Positions 27,961 to 37,985 are shown, numbered from the stretch's first letter. The stretch: 64,000 nucleotides of DNA from Bacilli bacterium (GCA_035362935.1 DAOSEC010000001.1:71665-135664); one strand, 5' to 3'. Program-made: numbers and translations. The notes: generated from the letters alone by a model not told the origin.

Positions 27961-28767
27961 ATGGAATTATTTGACAATTTAAGAGACTATTTTTCATCCT
28001 ATACAAACAATTATTCTGTTTTCGGTGTGATTCGTTTGGTCATAGATTTATTGTTTTTAGGAATAATTGTGTTTGTTATATTGAACTTTCTGTTTAAAAA
28101 CGCAAAGATATGGTTAGTCCTTAAAAGCTTCTTCTTTCTATTCATAATTGGGGTGATATCGCTTGCTCTTGATTTATCGATTATGAAAGAAGTAATCAAG
28201 TATGGTATTTTTGTTTTAATTGGTGTTATAGTTATCACTTACTCACCAGAAATCAAACAATTAACCGATGCTCTTGTCCGTACAAAAGGAGTAAAGCATA
28301 AAATCAATACAGAAGAAGAAAAAGAACAATTGATTAACACTTTAATTACTACAGTAGAGTATTTATCAAAAAGACACATTGGGGCCATCATCACAATAGA
28401 GGAAGAAAACTCACTCAATATGTATATTGATAAAGCAATAATAATAGATTCACAAGTAAGTTTTGAGTTATTGACAACTATTTTTACCCCAGGGACCGCA
28501 CTCCACGATGGTGCAGTAATTATTCGTGGAAATCGCATTATGTGTGCTGCGGCATATTTCCCATCTACTGATAAGTTCGATATACCAAAAAATTTAGGTT
28601 CTAGACATCGTGCTGCTATTGGTATTAGTGAGATTTGTGATGCATTTACTATTGTTGTTTCTGAAGAGCGCGGTAAGGTTTCTACCACAATTGATGGAAC
28701 CATCAATATAGGGGTTTCTCTTGATGATTTAAGAGAATCACTTAATAAATATGTATTGACTCAATAA
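27961..28767 (+). CDS. cdaA: diadenylate cyclase (c-di-AMP synthase), membrane-anchored
   Basis: Three N-terminal TM helices followed by a DAC domain with TGTALHDGAVII.GNRI and LGSRHRAAIGISE motifs. Confidence 0.85.
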   Translation: MELFDNLRDYFSSYTNNYSVFGVIRLVIDLLFLGIIVFVILNFLFKNAKIWLVLKSFFFLFIIGVISLALDLSIMKEVIKYGIFVLIGVIVITYSPEIKQLTDALVRTKGVKHKINTEEEKEQLINTLITTVEYLSKRHIGAIITIEEENSLNMYIDKAIIIDSQVSFELLTTIFTPGTALHDGAVIIRGNRIMCAAAYFPSTDKFDIPKNLGSRHRAAIGISEICDAFTIVVSEERGKVSTTIDGTINIGVSLDDLRESLNKYVLTQ

Positions 28768-28795
28768 TAACAAATCGCTCTATCATATTTTGGTC

Positions 28796-28824
28796 TTGTG
28801 AAAGAAATATATATATGATATAAT
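28796..28824 (+). promoter_or_regulatory. candidate promoter for mgsA (TTGTGA, 17-nt spacer, TATAAT)
   Basis: Hexamers and spacing seen about 18 nt upstream of the mgsA ATG (SD AAAGGTGA). Confidence 0.35.
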
Positions 28825-28841
28825 AAATAAAAGGTGATTTT

Positions 28842-29195
28842 ATGAAAATAGCACTAATCGCTCACGACAAGAAAAAAGATGAAATGATTGAGTTTGTGAA
28901 AAAGCATGTTTCTTTTTTTGCACAACATATATTATTTGCTACCGGAACAACAGGAAGCCGCATTATGGGAGCTACCAATCTAAAGATCCACTGTTTTCGA
29001 TCAGGACCTTTAGGTGGAGATCAAGAAGTCGGAGCAAAGATTGCGAATGGCGAACTTGACTTGGTTATCTTTTTTCGGGACCCATTAACTGCACAACCAC
29101 ATGAACCAGACATATCAGCACTGTTGCGATTAGCTGATGTATACAAAATACCTCTTGCTACTAACATATCGACAGCAGAAATGCTAGTCAAATAG
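28842..29195 (+). CDS. mgsA: methylglyoxal synthase
   Basis: [17 protein letters not shown] and GG...D motifs of MgsA. The length is 117 aa. Confidence 0.85.
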   Translation: MKIALIAHDKKKDEMIEFVKKHVSFFAQHILFATGTTGSRIMGATNLKIHCFRSGPLGGDQEVGAKIANGELDLVIFFRDPLTAQPHEPDISALLRLADVYKIPLATNISTAEMLVK

Positions 29196-29219
29196 ATATT
29201 ATTTTAGGAAGGTGAAATA

Positions 29220-30503
29220 ATGCAAACAATTATTGCAATGCTACAAGGGTTGTATCAAACCTTATTCGTACAGTATCCTGCATTTATCGCAATTATTTTA
29301 ACAACTACCATTGTATTAATGGGATTTGTTCGGATGCTAGCGTTTAAAAAAGTACCAGTATTAGAAATTGTGTTAGCAATCTTAATTGCTGGATTTTATT
29401 ATGCTCTTAGAGTTCCAATCGTTGTTCCAGCAGGACTTGTAACAAAAGCACGATATGGTGTATACATTTTTGCTTTTTTGGCAAACGTTGCAACAATCAT
29501 TCATTTTATTATCACAAAAAAAGCAGTAACCGCAACAACTCAAACTTCTGTTGATTACTTAAAAAATGCAAATGTAGATATATATGTTGAAGTTAATCAA
29601 CGCGGTAAAATCAAAGAATGCAACTTGGAGTTTTTGAGTATTGTTAATTTAGAGCGAAAAGATGTTTTAGGAAAAAAATTATTACCGCTCATTATTGATA
29701 AAGTTGACATCGTTACCTTTGATGGAGACCTCTTTAATGAATCTGTCATCAAAGCACTACATGAAAAATCAAAAAATCGTAAGAAAGAAAAAAACAATAT
29801 TCAATTTGAAATTCAGTATCGTAATAACGAAGGAAGTTTATTAACATATCACTTCTTTGAAATTCCAATTTTTGTGGGAAATCGATATGTTGGTAAAGTA
29901 CTGGTTGGTGAAAAAGAAAAGTCAACTCTGCTTGTAAGGGCACAAACAGCTCTAGGACAATTAATGGCAGATGTTAATACCGCTAAACAGCAAACATTTG
30001 CACTATTCACATTACTAAACGAACCTGCGTTCTTATTTGATCACTCAAGTAAAAAGTATTTATTATCTGAAAAGATCAGACGCGTCTTAAACATGAACGA
30101 ATCCGAGATTAATTTTGATCAGTATCTAAAAATGATGCACCCAGATGACATCGAACGATTTGTTGAAAAAAGTGCTGAAGTGAACAGTCGTACCATCACA
30201 AAGTTCACATACCGTATAAAAATTGGCAGTGAATATATGGTGTTTGAAGAAAGTTCAATTTTACTTGATGATGAAAACTCTCAAGTATCACTCATACGTT
30301 TGGTTAAAGTGAGAAAAGAAAAAGCACCAGAACCTGTTGTAGAACAAAAACATGAAGAAGTGGTTGCTCCCGTAGCTGTTGAGACGAAAGATTCCGTTAT
30401 TGTAAAACAAAAAATTGAACCAAAACCTCAGCCAAAACCAACCAATGAAGATTTACTAAAAGAACTAAAAGCACTAGAAGATCGAATTTTTACAAAGAAA
30501 TAA
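29220..30503 (+). CDS. membrane protein with PAS-like cytoplasmic domains and no recognisable output domain
   Basis: Three N-terminal TM helices. A PAS-like core follows (FDQYLKMMHPDDIERF and a preceding similar block). The C-terminus is Pro/Lys-rich. Confidence 0.4.
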   Translation: MQTIIAMLQGLYQTLFVQYPAFIAIILTTTIVLMGFVRMLAFKKVPVLEIVLAILIAGFYYALRVPIVVPAGLVTKARYGVYIFAFLANVATIIHFIITKKAVTATTQTSVDYLKNANVDIYVEVNQRGKIKECNLEFLSIVNLERKDVLGKKLLPLIIDKVDIVTFDGDLFNESVIKALHEKSKNRKKEKNNIQFEIQYRNNEGSLLTYHFFEIPIFVGNRYVGKVLVGEKEKSTLLVRAQTALGQLMADVNTAKQQTFALFTLLNEPAFLFDHSSKKYLLSEKIRRVLNMNESEINFDQYLKMMHPDDIERFVEKSAEVNSRTITKFTYRIKIGSEYMVFEESSILLDDENSQVSLIRLVKVRKEKAPEPVVEQKHEEVVAPVAVETKDSVIVKQKIEPKPQPKPTNEDLLKELKALEDRIFTKK

Positions 30504-30512
30504 GGGGTGACG

Positions 30513-31193
30513 ATGATGTTTGATGCAATAATCGTCATGGCCGGTAAGGGAGAACGTTCTAAAAAACGAGTAAATAAAGTTTTTTATAAGATTCAAAAAA
30601 AGTATATCTTTCTCCACTCGGTCGATACTTTATTGGCAAACAGCATCATTCAAAAAATCATTCTTGTCGTCAATCCAAAAGATGTTACTAAAGTACGTCG
30701 CATCATGAGTAGCTATGACAGTACGAAGTACGAAATCGTATTGGGTGGGGCAACTAGACAGGAAAGTGTATATGAAGGACTACAAAAGGTAACTGCGCAG
30801 TGGGTGTTAATCCATGATGGAGCAAGACCTTTTGTTTCATATGAGGCGATAGAGCGTTTGATTGATGCAATAAAAATCCATACTGTAGCAACACTAGGAA
30901 TAAAAGCGATAGACACTTATAAGATTGTACAGCACAATATGATTGTTGATAGTGTTGATCGAGACAATCTTTATGCGATATACACACCGCAAGGTGGTTT
31001 GACAGAACTATTGTTAGATTGCCATGAAAAAGCAAAGAAAAATTCATTTGTTGCAACGGATGATATTTCGATTGTTCAAAAATACTCAAAACACCACATT
31101 GTTTTGGTTGAAAGCAATCCCGAAAACATTAAAATAACAACGCCACTCGATTTTATTATTGCTAAAAATATGATGAGCAGGAGAAACCAATGA
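30513..31193 (+). CDS. ispD: 2-C-methyl-D-erythritol 4-phosphate cytidylyltransferase
   Basis: FDAIIVMAGKGER and IHDGARPF motifs. The ATG at 30513 follows the SD AAGGGG. Confidence 0.85.
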   Translation: MMFDAIIVMAGKGERSKKRVNKVFYKIQKKYIFLHSVDTLLANSIIQKIILVVNPKDVTKVRRIMSSYDSTKYEIVLGGATRQESVYEGLQKVTAQWVLIHDGARPFVSYEAIERLIDAIKIHTVATLGIKAIDTYKIVQHNMIVDSVDRDNLYAIYTPQGGLTELLLDCHEKAKKNSFVATDDISIVQKYSKHHIVLVESNPENIKITTPLDFIIAKNMMSRRNQ

Positions 31194-31690
31194 AATTAAG
31201 AATAGGTAGTTCACTCGACATACATCGGTTTAAAGAAGGAGACTCAGTAATCTTAGGTGGGGTTAAGATTCCACATAATAAAAGTTTACTAGGGCATAGT
31301 GATGCAGATGTTGTACTTCACGTGGTTGCCGAATCAATACTTGGAGCATTATCCTTAGGTGATCTTGGAAAACACTTTCCAGATACAGATCCATCATACA
31401 AGGGAGTGTCATCATCAACTCTTGTTAAAGAGGTAATGAAATTAGCTAAGAAGCAAAATTACTTTATCAATAACATTGATATATCCATTGTAGCAGAAGC
31501 ACCTATGATGGCACCACACGTCGAATCAATGAGACTCCATATTTCAAAATTACTTGAAACAGAAATTGATAATGTTTCTGTGAAAGCAACAAGGGGAGAA
31601 AAGCTAGGATTCATCGGTCGTGAAGAAGGTATTATGGCTTTTGCGACCGTTTTGATGGTCAATACACAATACGAACTAAAAAAATTATAG
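31190..31690 (+). CDS. ispF: 2-C-methyl-D-erythritol 2,4-cyclodiphosphate synthase
   Basis: IG.G.D.HRF...GHSDADV..H motif. It overlaps ispD by 4 nt. Confidence 0.9.
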   Translation: MKLRIGSSLDIHRFKEGDSVILGGVKIPHNKSLLGHSDADVVLHVVAESILGALSLGDLGKHFPDTDPSYKGVSSSTLVKEVMKLAKKQNYFINNIDISIVAEAPMMAPHVESMRLHISKLLETEIDNVSVKATRGEKLGFIGREEGIMAFATVLMVNTQYELKKL

Positions 31691-31766
31691 TAATATAAAA
31701 ATTAACATTTTATAAGATTTTACAAAAACTTTATAGTATAATCATACTATAAAGGAAGGTATTAGC

Positions 31767-32009
31767 ATGGATGCACTTGAATTAAAACAATTAGAAAAAG
31801 ATATAAAAAATACATTACAAAAAATTAGACCATACATCCAACGAGATGGTGGCGATGTAGAATTCGTAAAATTTGAGGAAGGAATTGTCTATGTCCGATT
31901 GATTGGAGCGTGTGTCGGTTGTGCTGCTGTGGATTTAACATTAGCAGACGGAATCGAAGCACTACTATTAGAAGAAATTCCAGGAGTAATTGGTGTAGAA
32001 CACATCTAA
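31767..32009 (+). CDS. NifU-like Fe-S cluster assembly domain protein (Nfu type)
   Basis: The C-terminal NifU domain has GACVGC and RP.I..DGGD motifs. Confidence 0.75.
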   Translation: MDALELKQLEKDIKNTLQKIRPYIQRDGGDVEFVKFEEGIVYVRLIGACVGCAAVDLTLADGIEALLLEEIPGVIGVEHI

Positions 32010-32012
32010 GTT

Positions 32013-32507
32013 ATGATAAAAATTAAGGGAGACTTAAAAAGACGTACCATTGAGTTATTAAACGAAAGAGGAGTTACGTTAAAAGACATTGCAGAACTAA
32101 CGTTTATGCTACAAGAAAAGTATGTACCGAAGTTAACTATGGCAGAATGTCTAACTAGTGTTGAGGCTGTTGTTGGAAAAAGAGAAGTTCAAACTGCGGT
32201 TATTACAGGGTTAGAGATTGATATTGCTGCTGAAAGGGGTCATTTTGGTCCGGAACTCACAGATATGTTAATGAATGATTACCCTTTATACGGTATTGAT
32301 GAAATTTTGGTATTATCCATTGTCAATGTATATGGATCGATTGGGTTAACAAACTTTGGATATATTGACAAAGTAAAACCCGGTATCATAGGTGAGATTG
32401 ATAAGCTTGGTAAAGATGAACATCGTTGTAATACGTTTTTAGACGATGTAGTAGGAGCGATTGCGGCAGCAGCAGCAAGTAGAATTGCACACGGTCAAGG
32501 AGACTAA
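32013..32507 (+). CDS. pgpA: phosphatidylglycerophosphatase A-like
   Basis: PgpA family features GLTNFGYID and TFLDDVVGAI. Confidence 0.65.
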   Translation: MIKIKGDLKRRTIELLNERGVTLKDIAELTFMLQEKYVPKLTMAECLTSVEAVVGKREVQTAVITGLEIDIAAERGHFGPELTDMLMNDYPLYGIDEILVLSIVNVYGSIGLTNFGYIDKVKPGIIGEIDKLGKDEHRCNTFLDDVVGAIAAAAASRIAHGQGD

Positions 32508-32511
32508 AGTT

Positions 32512-32961
32512 ATGAATTATGCTTTGGTGATTGGACTAATATCTGTTGTAATTGCACAAACAACAAAAATTATTACAGCTGGTATTGCAGAAAAGAAGTT
32601 TTTACCATGGATGATACTTTCTAATGGTGGAATGCCATCATCACATACCGCGTTTGTAATCAGTGTTACGATTTCGATTGCCATAACAGTAGGAATGAGT
32701 TCTCCTGTTTTTGCTGTAGCAGCAATGATGGCACTAATCGTTATTAACGATGCAGTAGGGGTACGATACGAAGCAGGAAAACATGCGTTTGTATTAAACC
32801 AACTCATAGAAGATTTAAAGGCACTAAGCCTAAGTGATATGCCAAATGAAAAGAAATTAAAAGAATTATTAGGGCACAAGCCTATCGAAGTCTTCGGTGG
32901 AATAGTAGCTGGAACTGTAGTAGCAATTGCCGGTTATTTTTTGATATTCCCATATTTTTAA
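32512..32961 (+). CDS. divergent PAP2 family membrane protein (YuiD-like)
   Basis: GGMPSSHTA motif with 3-4 TM helices. The ATG at 32512 has an AGGAGA SD. The track start at 32461 overlaps pgpA. Confidence 0.6.
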   Translation: MNYALVIGLISVVIAQTTKIITAGIAEKKFLPWMILSNGGMPSSHTAFVISVTISIAITVGMSSPVFAVAAMMALIVINDAVGVRYEAGKHAFVLNQLIEDLKALSLSDMPNEKKLKELLGHKPIEVFGGIVAGTVVAIAGYFLIFPYF

Positions 32962-32978
32962 ATAAGTGAGGTGAAATA

Positions 32979-33314
32979 ATGTATAAGGTCGGAGATATTG
33001 TATATGGAAAAATTACCAATATCCAAGGTTATGGTGCATTTGTTTCACTTGAAGGATATGATGGACTAATTCATATATCTGAGTTTTCAGATAGTTTTGT
33101 TAGAAACATTGAGGAATATGTAAAAATAGGTCAAAAAGTCAAACTAAAAATTATCGATGTCGATGAGGAATTAAAGCAAGTCAGACTTAGTTACAAACAA
33201 ATCCATAAAACAAGAGGGATAAAATGGGCTGTACCATCATTTAAAATTGGATTCAAGCCACTATCAATGATGTTGCCAAAATGGATTGTTAAAGCGAAAG
33301 AAAAAAATAAGTAA
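32979..33314 (+). CDS. S1 RNA-binding domain protein
   Basis: S1 fold signature GDIVYGKITNIQGYGAFV...GLIHISE. Confidence 0.7.
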   Translation: MYKVGDIVYGKITNIQGYGAFVSLEGYDGLIHISEFSDSFVRNIEEYVKIGQKVKLKIIDVDEELKQVRLSYKQIHKTRGIKWAVPSFKIGFKPLSMMLPKWIVKAKEKNK

Positions 33315-33420
33315 ATAATTGCTCACCACAAAGCAACAAGCCTATTGAATCAAAATCAGTGCTAATGAAGTTGAAAGTTGTGATAACATATATATGTTTT
33401 TACAAGGTTGAGTCATGTAG

Positions 33421-33446
33421 ATAACCTCAATCGAGGTTATTTTTAT
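33421..33446 (+). terminator. weak rho-independent terminator
   Basis: AACCTC aatc GAGGTT followed by ATTTTTATT. Confidence 0.4.
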
Positions 33447-33464
33447 TAAAGACAGGTGGTTAAC

Positions 33465-33920
33465 ATGAAGAAAGAATTAATAATAACATCATCAGAACAT
33501 ATGATTGAACTAGGATATAAGATCGGAAAAAAATTATTTCCAAACTCAATCATTACACTAACTGGTGATTTGGGTGCAGGAAAAACAACTTTTACAAAGG
33601 GAATTGGAAAAGCACTGAGTGTAACAGACGTCATCAACAGCCCAACTTTTACCATAATGAAAATACACCGAGGTCGTTTTAATCTATACCATATGGATGT
33701 ATATCGGTTAAATGGGGTTGGCAGTGATTTTGATTTAGAAGAGTATTTTGATTATGGTGGTGTTTGTGTCATAGAATGGGCAGAAATCATTCAATCCATC
33801 ATACCCGAAGAACACATTCAAATAACAATTAAAAATATAGATGAATCAAATAGACTGGTTGAACTATTTAGCAATCAACCAATCTATCAAAGAATCATAG
33901 AAGAGGTTATTCATGACTAA
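33465..33920 (+). CDS. tsaE: tRNA threonylcarbamoyladenosine biosynthesis protein TsaE
   Basis: P-loop GDLGAGKTTF. The ATG at 33465 has the SD AGGTGG. Confidence 0.85.
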   Translation: MKKELIITSSEHMIELGYKIGKKLFPNSIITLTGDLGAGKTTFTKGIGKALSVTDVINSPTFTIMKIHRGRFNLYHMDVYRLNGVGSDFDLEEYFDYGGVCVIEWAEIIQSIIPEEHIQITIKNIDESNRLVELFSNQPIYQRIIEEVIHD

Positions 33921-34509
33921 GCTAATAATGGATTCGTCTACATCTTTTTTATACATTTTGCTACTACAAGATGAAACCATTTTGTGGAAGTATTTGGAAG
34001 AAGGAAATAACGATCATTCTGAAAAATTAAATGTATTAATCAAAAAAATGATAGATGATACAAAGATTGAAATTTCCAATATTGATCAAATCATTGTTGG
34101 GAAAGGACCGGGGTCATACACCGGAGTAAGAGTTGGTATGACAGTTGCCAAAACGTTTGCCTGGGCTAAAAATATCCCATTATATACCTTTGGCTCTTTA
34201 GATATGATAGCGGCTTCAAAGATGAATCAAGATGGCATTTATGTAGTCATGTTAGATGCGCGAAGAGGAAACAGTTTTGTAAAAATTATTGAATCTAAGA
34301 ATCGTTTTGTTACTACATTGCTTGAAGATACATTTATGTCAAATCAAGCAATTGAAGAACTAGTTGCTTCAAAATATCCTAATGCGATTATTGTGAATCA
34401 AGTGGAACATAGTAGCTTTGATTATGAAGCTTTGGTATCTTTTCATATGATTCACAAAGTGGAAGACATATATAGTTTTGTGCCTAATTACGTTAGGAGT
34501 GGTGTTTAA
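33913..34509 (+). CDS. tsaB: tRNA threonylcarbamoyladenosine biosynthesis protein TsaB
   Basis: YeaZ-like GPGSYTG(V/L)R.G motif. It overlaps tsaE by 8 nt. Confidence 0.8.
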   Translation: MTKLIMDSSTSFLYILLLQDETILWKYLEEGNNDHSEKLNVLIKKMIDDTKIEISNIDQIIVGKGPGSYTGVRVGMTVAKTFAWAKNIPLYTFGSLDMIAASKMNQDGIYVVMLDARRGNSFVKIIESKNRFVTTLLEDTFMSNQAIEELVASKYPNAIIVNQVEHSSFDYEALVSFHMIHKVEDIYSFVPNYVRSGV

Positions 34510-34511
34510 TT

Positions 34512-34982
34512 ATGGGATTGTTTCAAAAACGATTAAAGTATCAAATTCGAGAAATGAACGAGCAAGACATCCCAACCATTACAAAACAAGAACAACTCGT
34601 TTTTGGCGATACACTAGGAGAAGACTTAATTCTTTCGGATTACAAGTTAAATCCCTATAGTCATTATTTTGTCATAGAAATTGAAAAGCAGGTAAGTGGT
34701 TACATAGGTGTTTGGATTGCACCTGAGAATGCGCAAATTATAAATTTCTACATTATACCTGAATATCAAGGAAAAGGATTTGGGTCTATGTTGTTTGAGT
34801 TTGTACTAGATCTATGTGAGATGTCAAACATCCAACACTTAACACTTGAAGTAAGAGAATCAAACACGAAAGCACAGTCATTTTATGAGCAATATGGATT
34901 TGTGTTCGTAACAAAACGAAAGCAGTATTATAGCAATGGCGAAGATGCACTTGTGCTATTAAAAGAATTCGAGGAAAAGTAA
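34512..34982 (+). CDS. rimI: ribosomal-protein-alanine N-acetyltransferase (GNAT)
   Basis: GNAT motif A YQGKGFGS. Its position between tsaB and tsaD is the usual one for rimI. Confidence 0.7.
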   Translation: MGLFQKRLKYQIREMNEQDIPTITKQEQLVFGDTLGEDLILSDYKLNPYSHYFVIEIEKQVSGYIGVWIAPENAQIINFYIIPEYQGKGFGSMLFEFVLDLCEMSNIQHLTLEVRESNTKAQSFYEQYGFVFVTKRKQYYSNGEDALVLLKEFEEK

Positions 34983-34984
34983 GC

Positions 34985-35938
34985 ATGATAATATTAGGAG
35001 TGGAAACTAGTTGCGATGAAACAAGTGTCGCAGTCGTTAAGGATGGAAAAGAAGTATTAAGCAATGTAGTCTTTTCCCAAATCGATATACACAAACAATA
35101 TGGAGGAGTGGTTCCGGAAATCGCCAGCAGGCATCACATTGAAAAAATCCTTTATGTTTTTGAAGAAGCTTTGAAAACATCCAACATTCAAATGGAAGAT
35201 GTTGATGGAATTGCTGTTACAGTCAATCCAGGACTTGTAGGATCTTTACTAGTAGGGTACAATGCTGCTAGTTCGCTTGCAATCGCATATAAAAAAGAAT
35301 TGATTGAGGTAGATCATATTCATGGTCATATATATGCAAACTATCTTGAAAGTGATTTTACATTTCCACTATTAGCATTGGTAGTTTCTGGTGGTCATAC
35401 TCAACTTGTGTTAATGAAAAACCATATGGATTTTGAAATCATTGGAGAAACACTAGATGACGCAGTTGGTGAAGCATATGATAAAGTAGCAAGAGTATTA
35501 GGTATTGGTTATCCAGGAGGTCCAATTATTGATGAATTAGCAAAAAAGGGGAGACCAACATACTCATTACCTATTGCTTGGTTAGATAAAGATAGGTATG
35601 ATTTTAGTTTTTCAGGGTTAAAATCGGCTGTTACCAATCTGGTAAACACATACAAGATGAAGAATATTGAAATCAATCATGAAGATTTAGCTGCAAGTTT
35701 TCAAGAAAGCATCATCACGGTGCTAGTCACAAAAACACTAAATGCAGTCAAAGAGTATAACATCAAACAAGTTGTCATCGCTGGAGGAGTTGCCGCTAAC
35801 AAGGGATTAAGACAACGAATGGAACAAGAGATTGGAAAACTCCATGGTGTTAGATTAACTGTTCCAAGTTTTAAATATTGCACAGACAATGCTGCTATGA
35901 TAGCAGTTGGAGGATATTTCTATAAAATCCATAAGTAA
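34985..35938 (+). CDS. tsaD: tRNA N6-adenosine threonylcarbamoyltransferase
   Basis: Kae1/TsaD signature GVETSCDET...SGG ... CTDNAAMIA. Confidence 0.9.
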   Translation: MIILGVETSCDETSVAVVKDGKEVLSNVVFSQIDIHKQYGGVVPEIASRHHIEKILYVFEEALKTSNIQMEDVDGIAVTVNPGLVGSLLVGYNAASSLAIAYKKELIEVDHIHGHIYANYLESDFTFPLLALVVSGGHTQLVLMKNHMDFEIIGETLDDAVGEAYDKVARVLGIGYPGGPIIDELAKKGRPTYSLPIAWLDKDRYDFSFSGLKSAVTNLVNTYKMKNIEINHEDLAASFQESIITVLVTKTLNAVKEYNIKQVVIAGGVAANKGLRQRMEQEIGKLHGVRLTVPSFKYCTDNAAMIAVGGYFYKIHK

Positions 35939-35953
35939 GAAGGGGTGAACTTT

Positions 35954-37810
35954 ATGGCATTAAGAAAAAGAAGAGGACCATTAGGCTGTTTATTTAAATT
36001 TGTATTTACGATCGTATTTTTTGTTGTAGCAATTGTGGGTGTCATAGCCTTTATGTTTTATGATGGAAAGAACAATACTCCAGTAGAACTCTATGGCGAA
36101 GGCATTAACTTAGAAGAAGAATTAACATTATCTCTTTATGAAGCACTTGACAATCTAGATACACAAAATAAAATTCAGGTTGTGTTGACAGAAGACCAAA
36201 TCAACAAAATCATATATATGATTATCAAAGAAAGCATTAATCCTGCATATGCTCCTGGAGAAAATTGTGCCACGTCTGCGTGTGCAAATGCGATGGTAAT
36301 TGGACCACTAGGTGATGAAATTCCTCAACTAGCAGGACAAGAAGCATACATCAAAGGAATCTATGCTGAAATCATTGATGATAAGATATCAATCAGTATG
36401 CCAGTTGAAGTGATGGGGTTTAAATCCCGTATTTATCTAAGTGTTTCATTAGTGACAGTTGGAACTAATATTGAGTTAAGATTTGATTCTGTAGGAGTCG
36501 CCAAAATTAAATTAACATCAGGTATAGGACAAATGTTATTACAACCAATCATGCAAACATTTAATCTTTCAGCAGATGAAATCAATCAAAATTTTGCTGA
36601 AAAAGGATTGCCAATTGAGTTTGATATGGCAAATCTGAAAATGATATTTAAGCAAGAAGACTTACCTCAAGTTATCAATCAACTACTACCAGATTCTGGA
36701 GAGTCTAACTTGATGAAGGACTTTCTAAAAGTTATGATTGAAAACACAAACGTGGAAATGAGTTTGGTTGGAAGCACAACACCAGGGGCTGGGTCATTAA
36801 ACTTAGGTATTGATCTAGAAAAATTAAGTTTAGAAGAAGGAAACAAACAAATTCCAGCATATCTAGGAACACCATTTAATCAAACAACCTTTGTTACAAA
36901 TCAAACACAAGGATTGTTGTTTTCAACTCTAGTCGGAAACCCAAGATTCATCTTTTTGGAAAGTGATTTTAACAAAATGATCTACTCCTCCACAAGCGGA
37001 TTTGACGGATTTGGACAAACAATAACATTACCCAATAGTACACAAACATTTACTTTTGGCCTTGATGCATTATGGTTTGAAATCACACAAACCAATGTAA
37101 ATATTATCGCTCAAGTTAATATTAATGGATTTATTACAAGATTCCGCATATTAACTACCGTCGAAGATAATGACACAGATTATGTTAAATTAATGATTCA
37201 AGACAACCTTGATATTGGATTTGATTTAGGAGAAGTACTAGGAGAGTATGGAGTAGCTGATAGTCAGTTCTTAATTGATTTGATAGGACCAAGCATTCAA
37301 AGCATGAATGTGATGGGATTTGATAGTACTCTCAATGCATTTATATTAGATGCAGATGCGTTCAATCAAATGTTGAATTTAGGCGGAAGTGGAGGATCAC
37401 CTATTGGTGCTGATTCCATTCATATTCGCAATGGTAGAATTGAAATTGCAATATCAACAACTGATAGTGCATTGTCTGATGCAATCGATAATTTGTCAAA
37501 TATTGTAGGAACAGTATTAACAGGGTTTGATACAACCGTGAATGATAATATCGACTTATTTGACACAACCGGTGACCAAGCAGAGGCCGTTAACAACATA
37601 ATTGAAACACTTGAATCAATCTCGACTGTTCTAAATGATCCAGAAGCTGACTTATCGGAAGATGACATTGTGACATTAATTGAAAACTTTGGATCGTTAA
37701 CTCCTGAAAATCAAGAAGTTCTAGCGGAATTATTACAAAATGAAGCAGACGACATTGAAAGTGGAGAATTAAATGAATTGTATGAGTTGTTATTTGGACA
37801 ACAACCATAA
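35954..37810 (+). CDS. hypothetical membrane-anchored protein with an acidic C-terminal tail
   Basis: The N-terminus is Arg/Lys-rich followed by a single TM helix. The remainder is large, with a very acidic C-terminus (DPEADLSEDD...). The ATG at 35954 has the SD AAGGGGTGA. It lies 15 nt after tsaD. Confidence 0.5.
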   Translation: MALRKRRGPLGCLFKFVFTIVFFVVAIVGVIAFMFYDGKNNTPVELYGEGINLEEELTLSLYEALDNLDTQNKIQVVLTEDQINKIIYMIIKESINPAYAPGENCATSACANAMVIGPLGDEIPQLAGQEAYIKGIYAEIIDDKISISMPVEVMGFKSRIYLSVSLVTVGTNIELRFDSVGVAKIKLTSGIGQMLLQPIMQTFNLSADEINQNFAEKGLPIEFDMANLKMIFKQEDLPQVINQLLPDSGESNLMKDFLKVMIENTNVEMSLVGSTTPGAGSLNLGIDLEKLSLEEGNKQIPAYLGTPFNQTTFVTNQTQGLLFSTLVGNPRFIFLESDFNKMIYSSTSGFDGFGQTITLPNSTQTFTFGLDALWFEITQTNVNIIAQVNINGFITRFRILTTVEDNDTDYVKLMIQDNLDIGFDLGEVLGEYGVADSQFLIDLIGPSIQSMNVMGFDSTLNAFILDADAFNQMLNLGGSGGSPIGADSIHIRNGRIEIAISTTDSALSDAIDNLSNIVGTVLTGFDTTVNDNIDLFDTTGDQAEAVNNIIETLESISTVLNDPEADLSEDDIVTLIENFGSLTPENQEVLAELLQNEADDIESGELNELYELLFGQQP

Positions 37811-37817
37811 ATAGTTT

Positions 37818-37847
37818 AACAGGTGGAGAAATCCGCCTGTTTTTTTA
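37818..37847 (+). terminator. rho-independent terminator
   Basis: CAGGTGGA gaaa TCCGCCTG followed by TTTTTTT. Confidence 0.6.
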
Positions 37848-37985
37848 TGGAATCACAAAAGATATATAATAAGCATTGAAAAAGCATATTCACAATGATA
37901 TAATTAAAATATATATATTGTTGACAATCGTTATAAAAGACTGCATTAATCAACAAAAAAGCAACAATCATAGAGGGGAAAACAT

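Noticed and set aside
33361-33446. Possible attenuator (alternative hairpins GGTTGAG / CCTCAATC / GAGGTT) upstream of tsaE
   Set aside because: The alternative anti-terminator pairing is only about 5 bp with a mismatch. It is most simply a weak terminator for the S1-domain gene.
34478-34660. 60-aa ORF in an alternative frame within rimI
   Set aside because: It lies inside a well-supported GNAT gene and has no SD. Its basic peptide composition is arbitrary.
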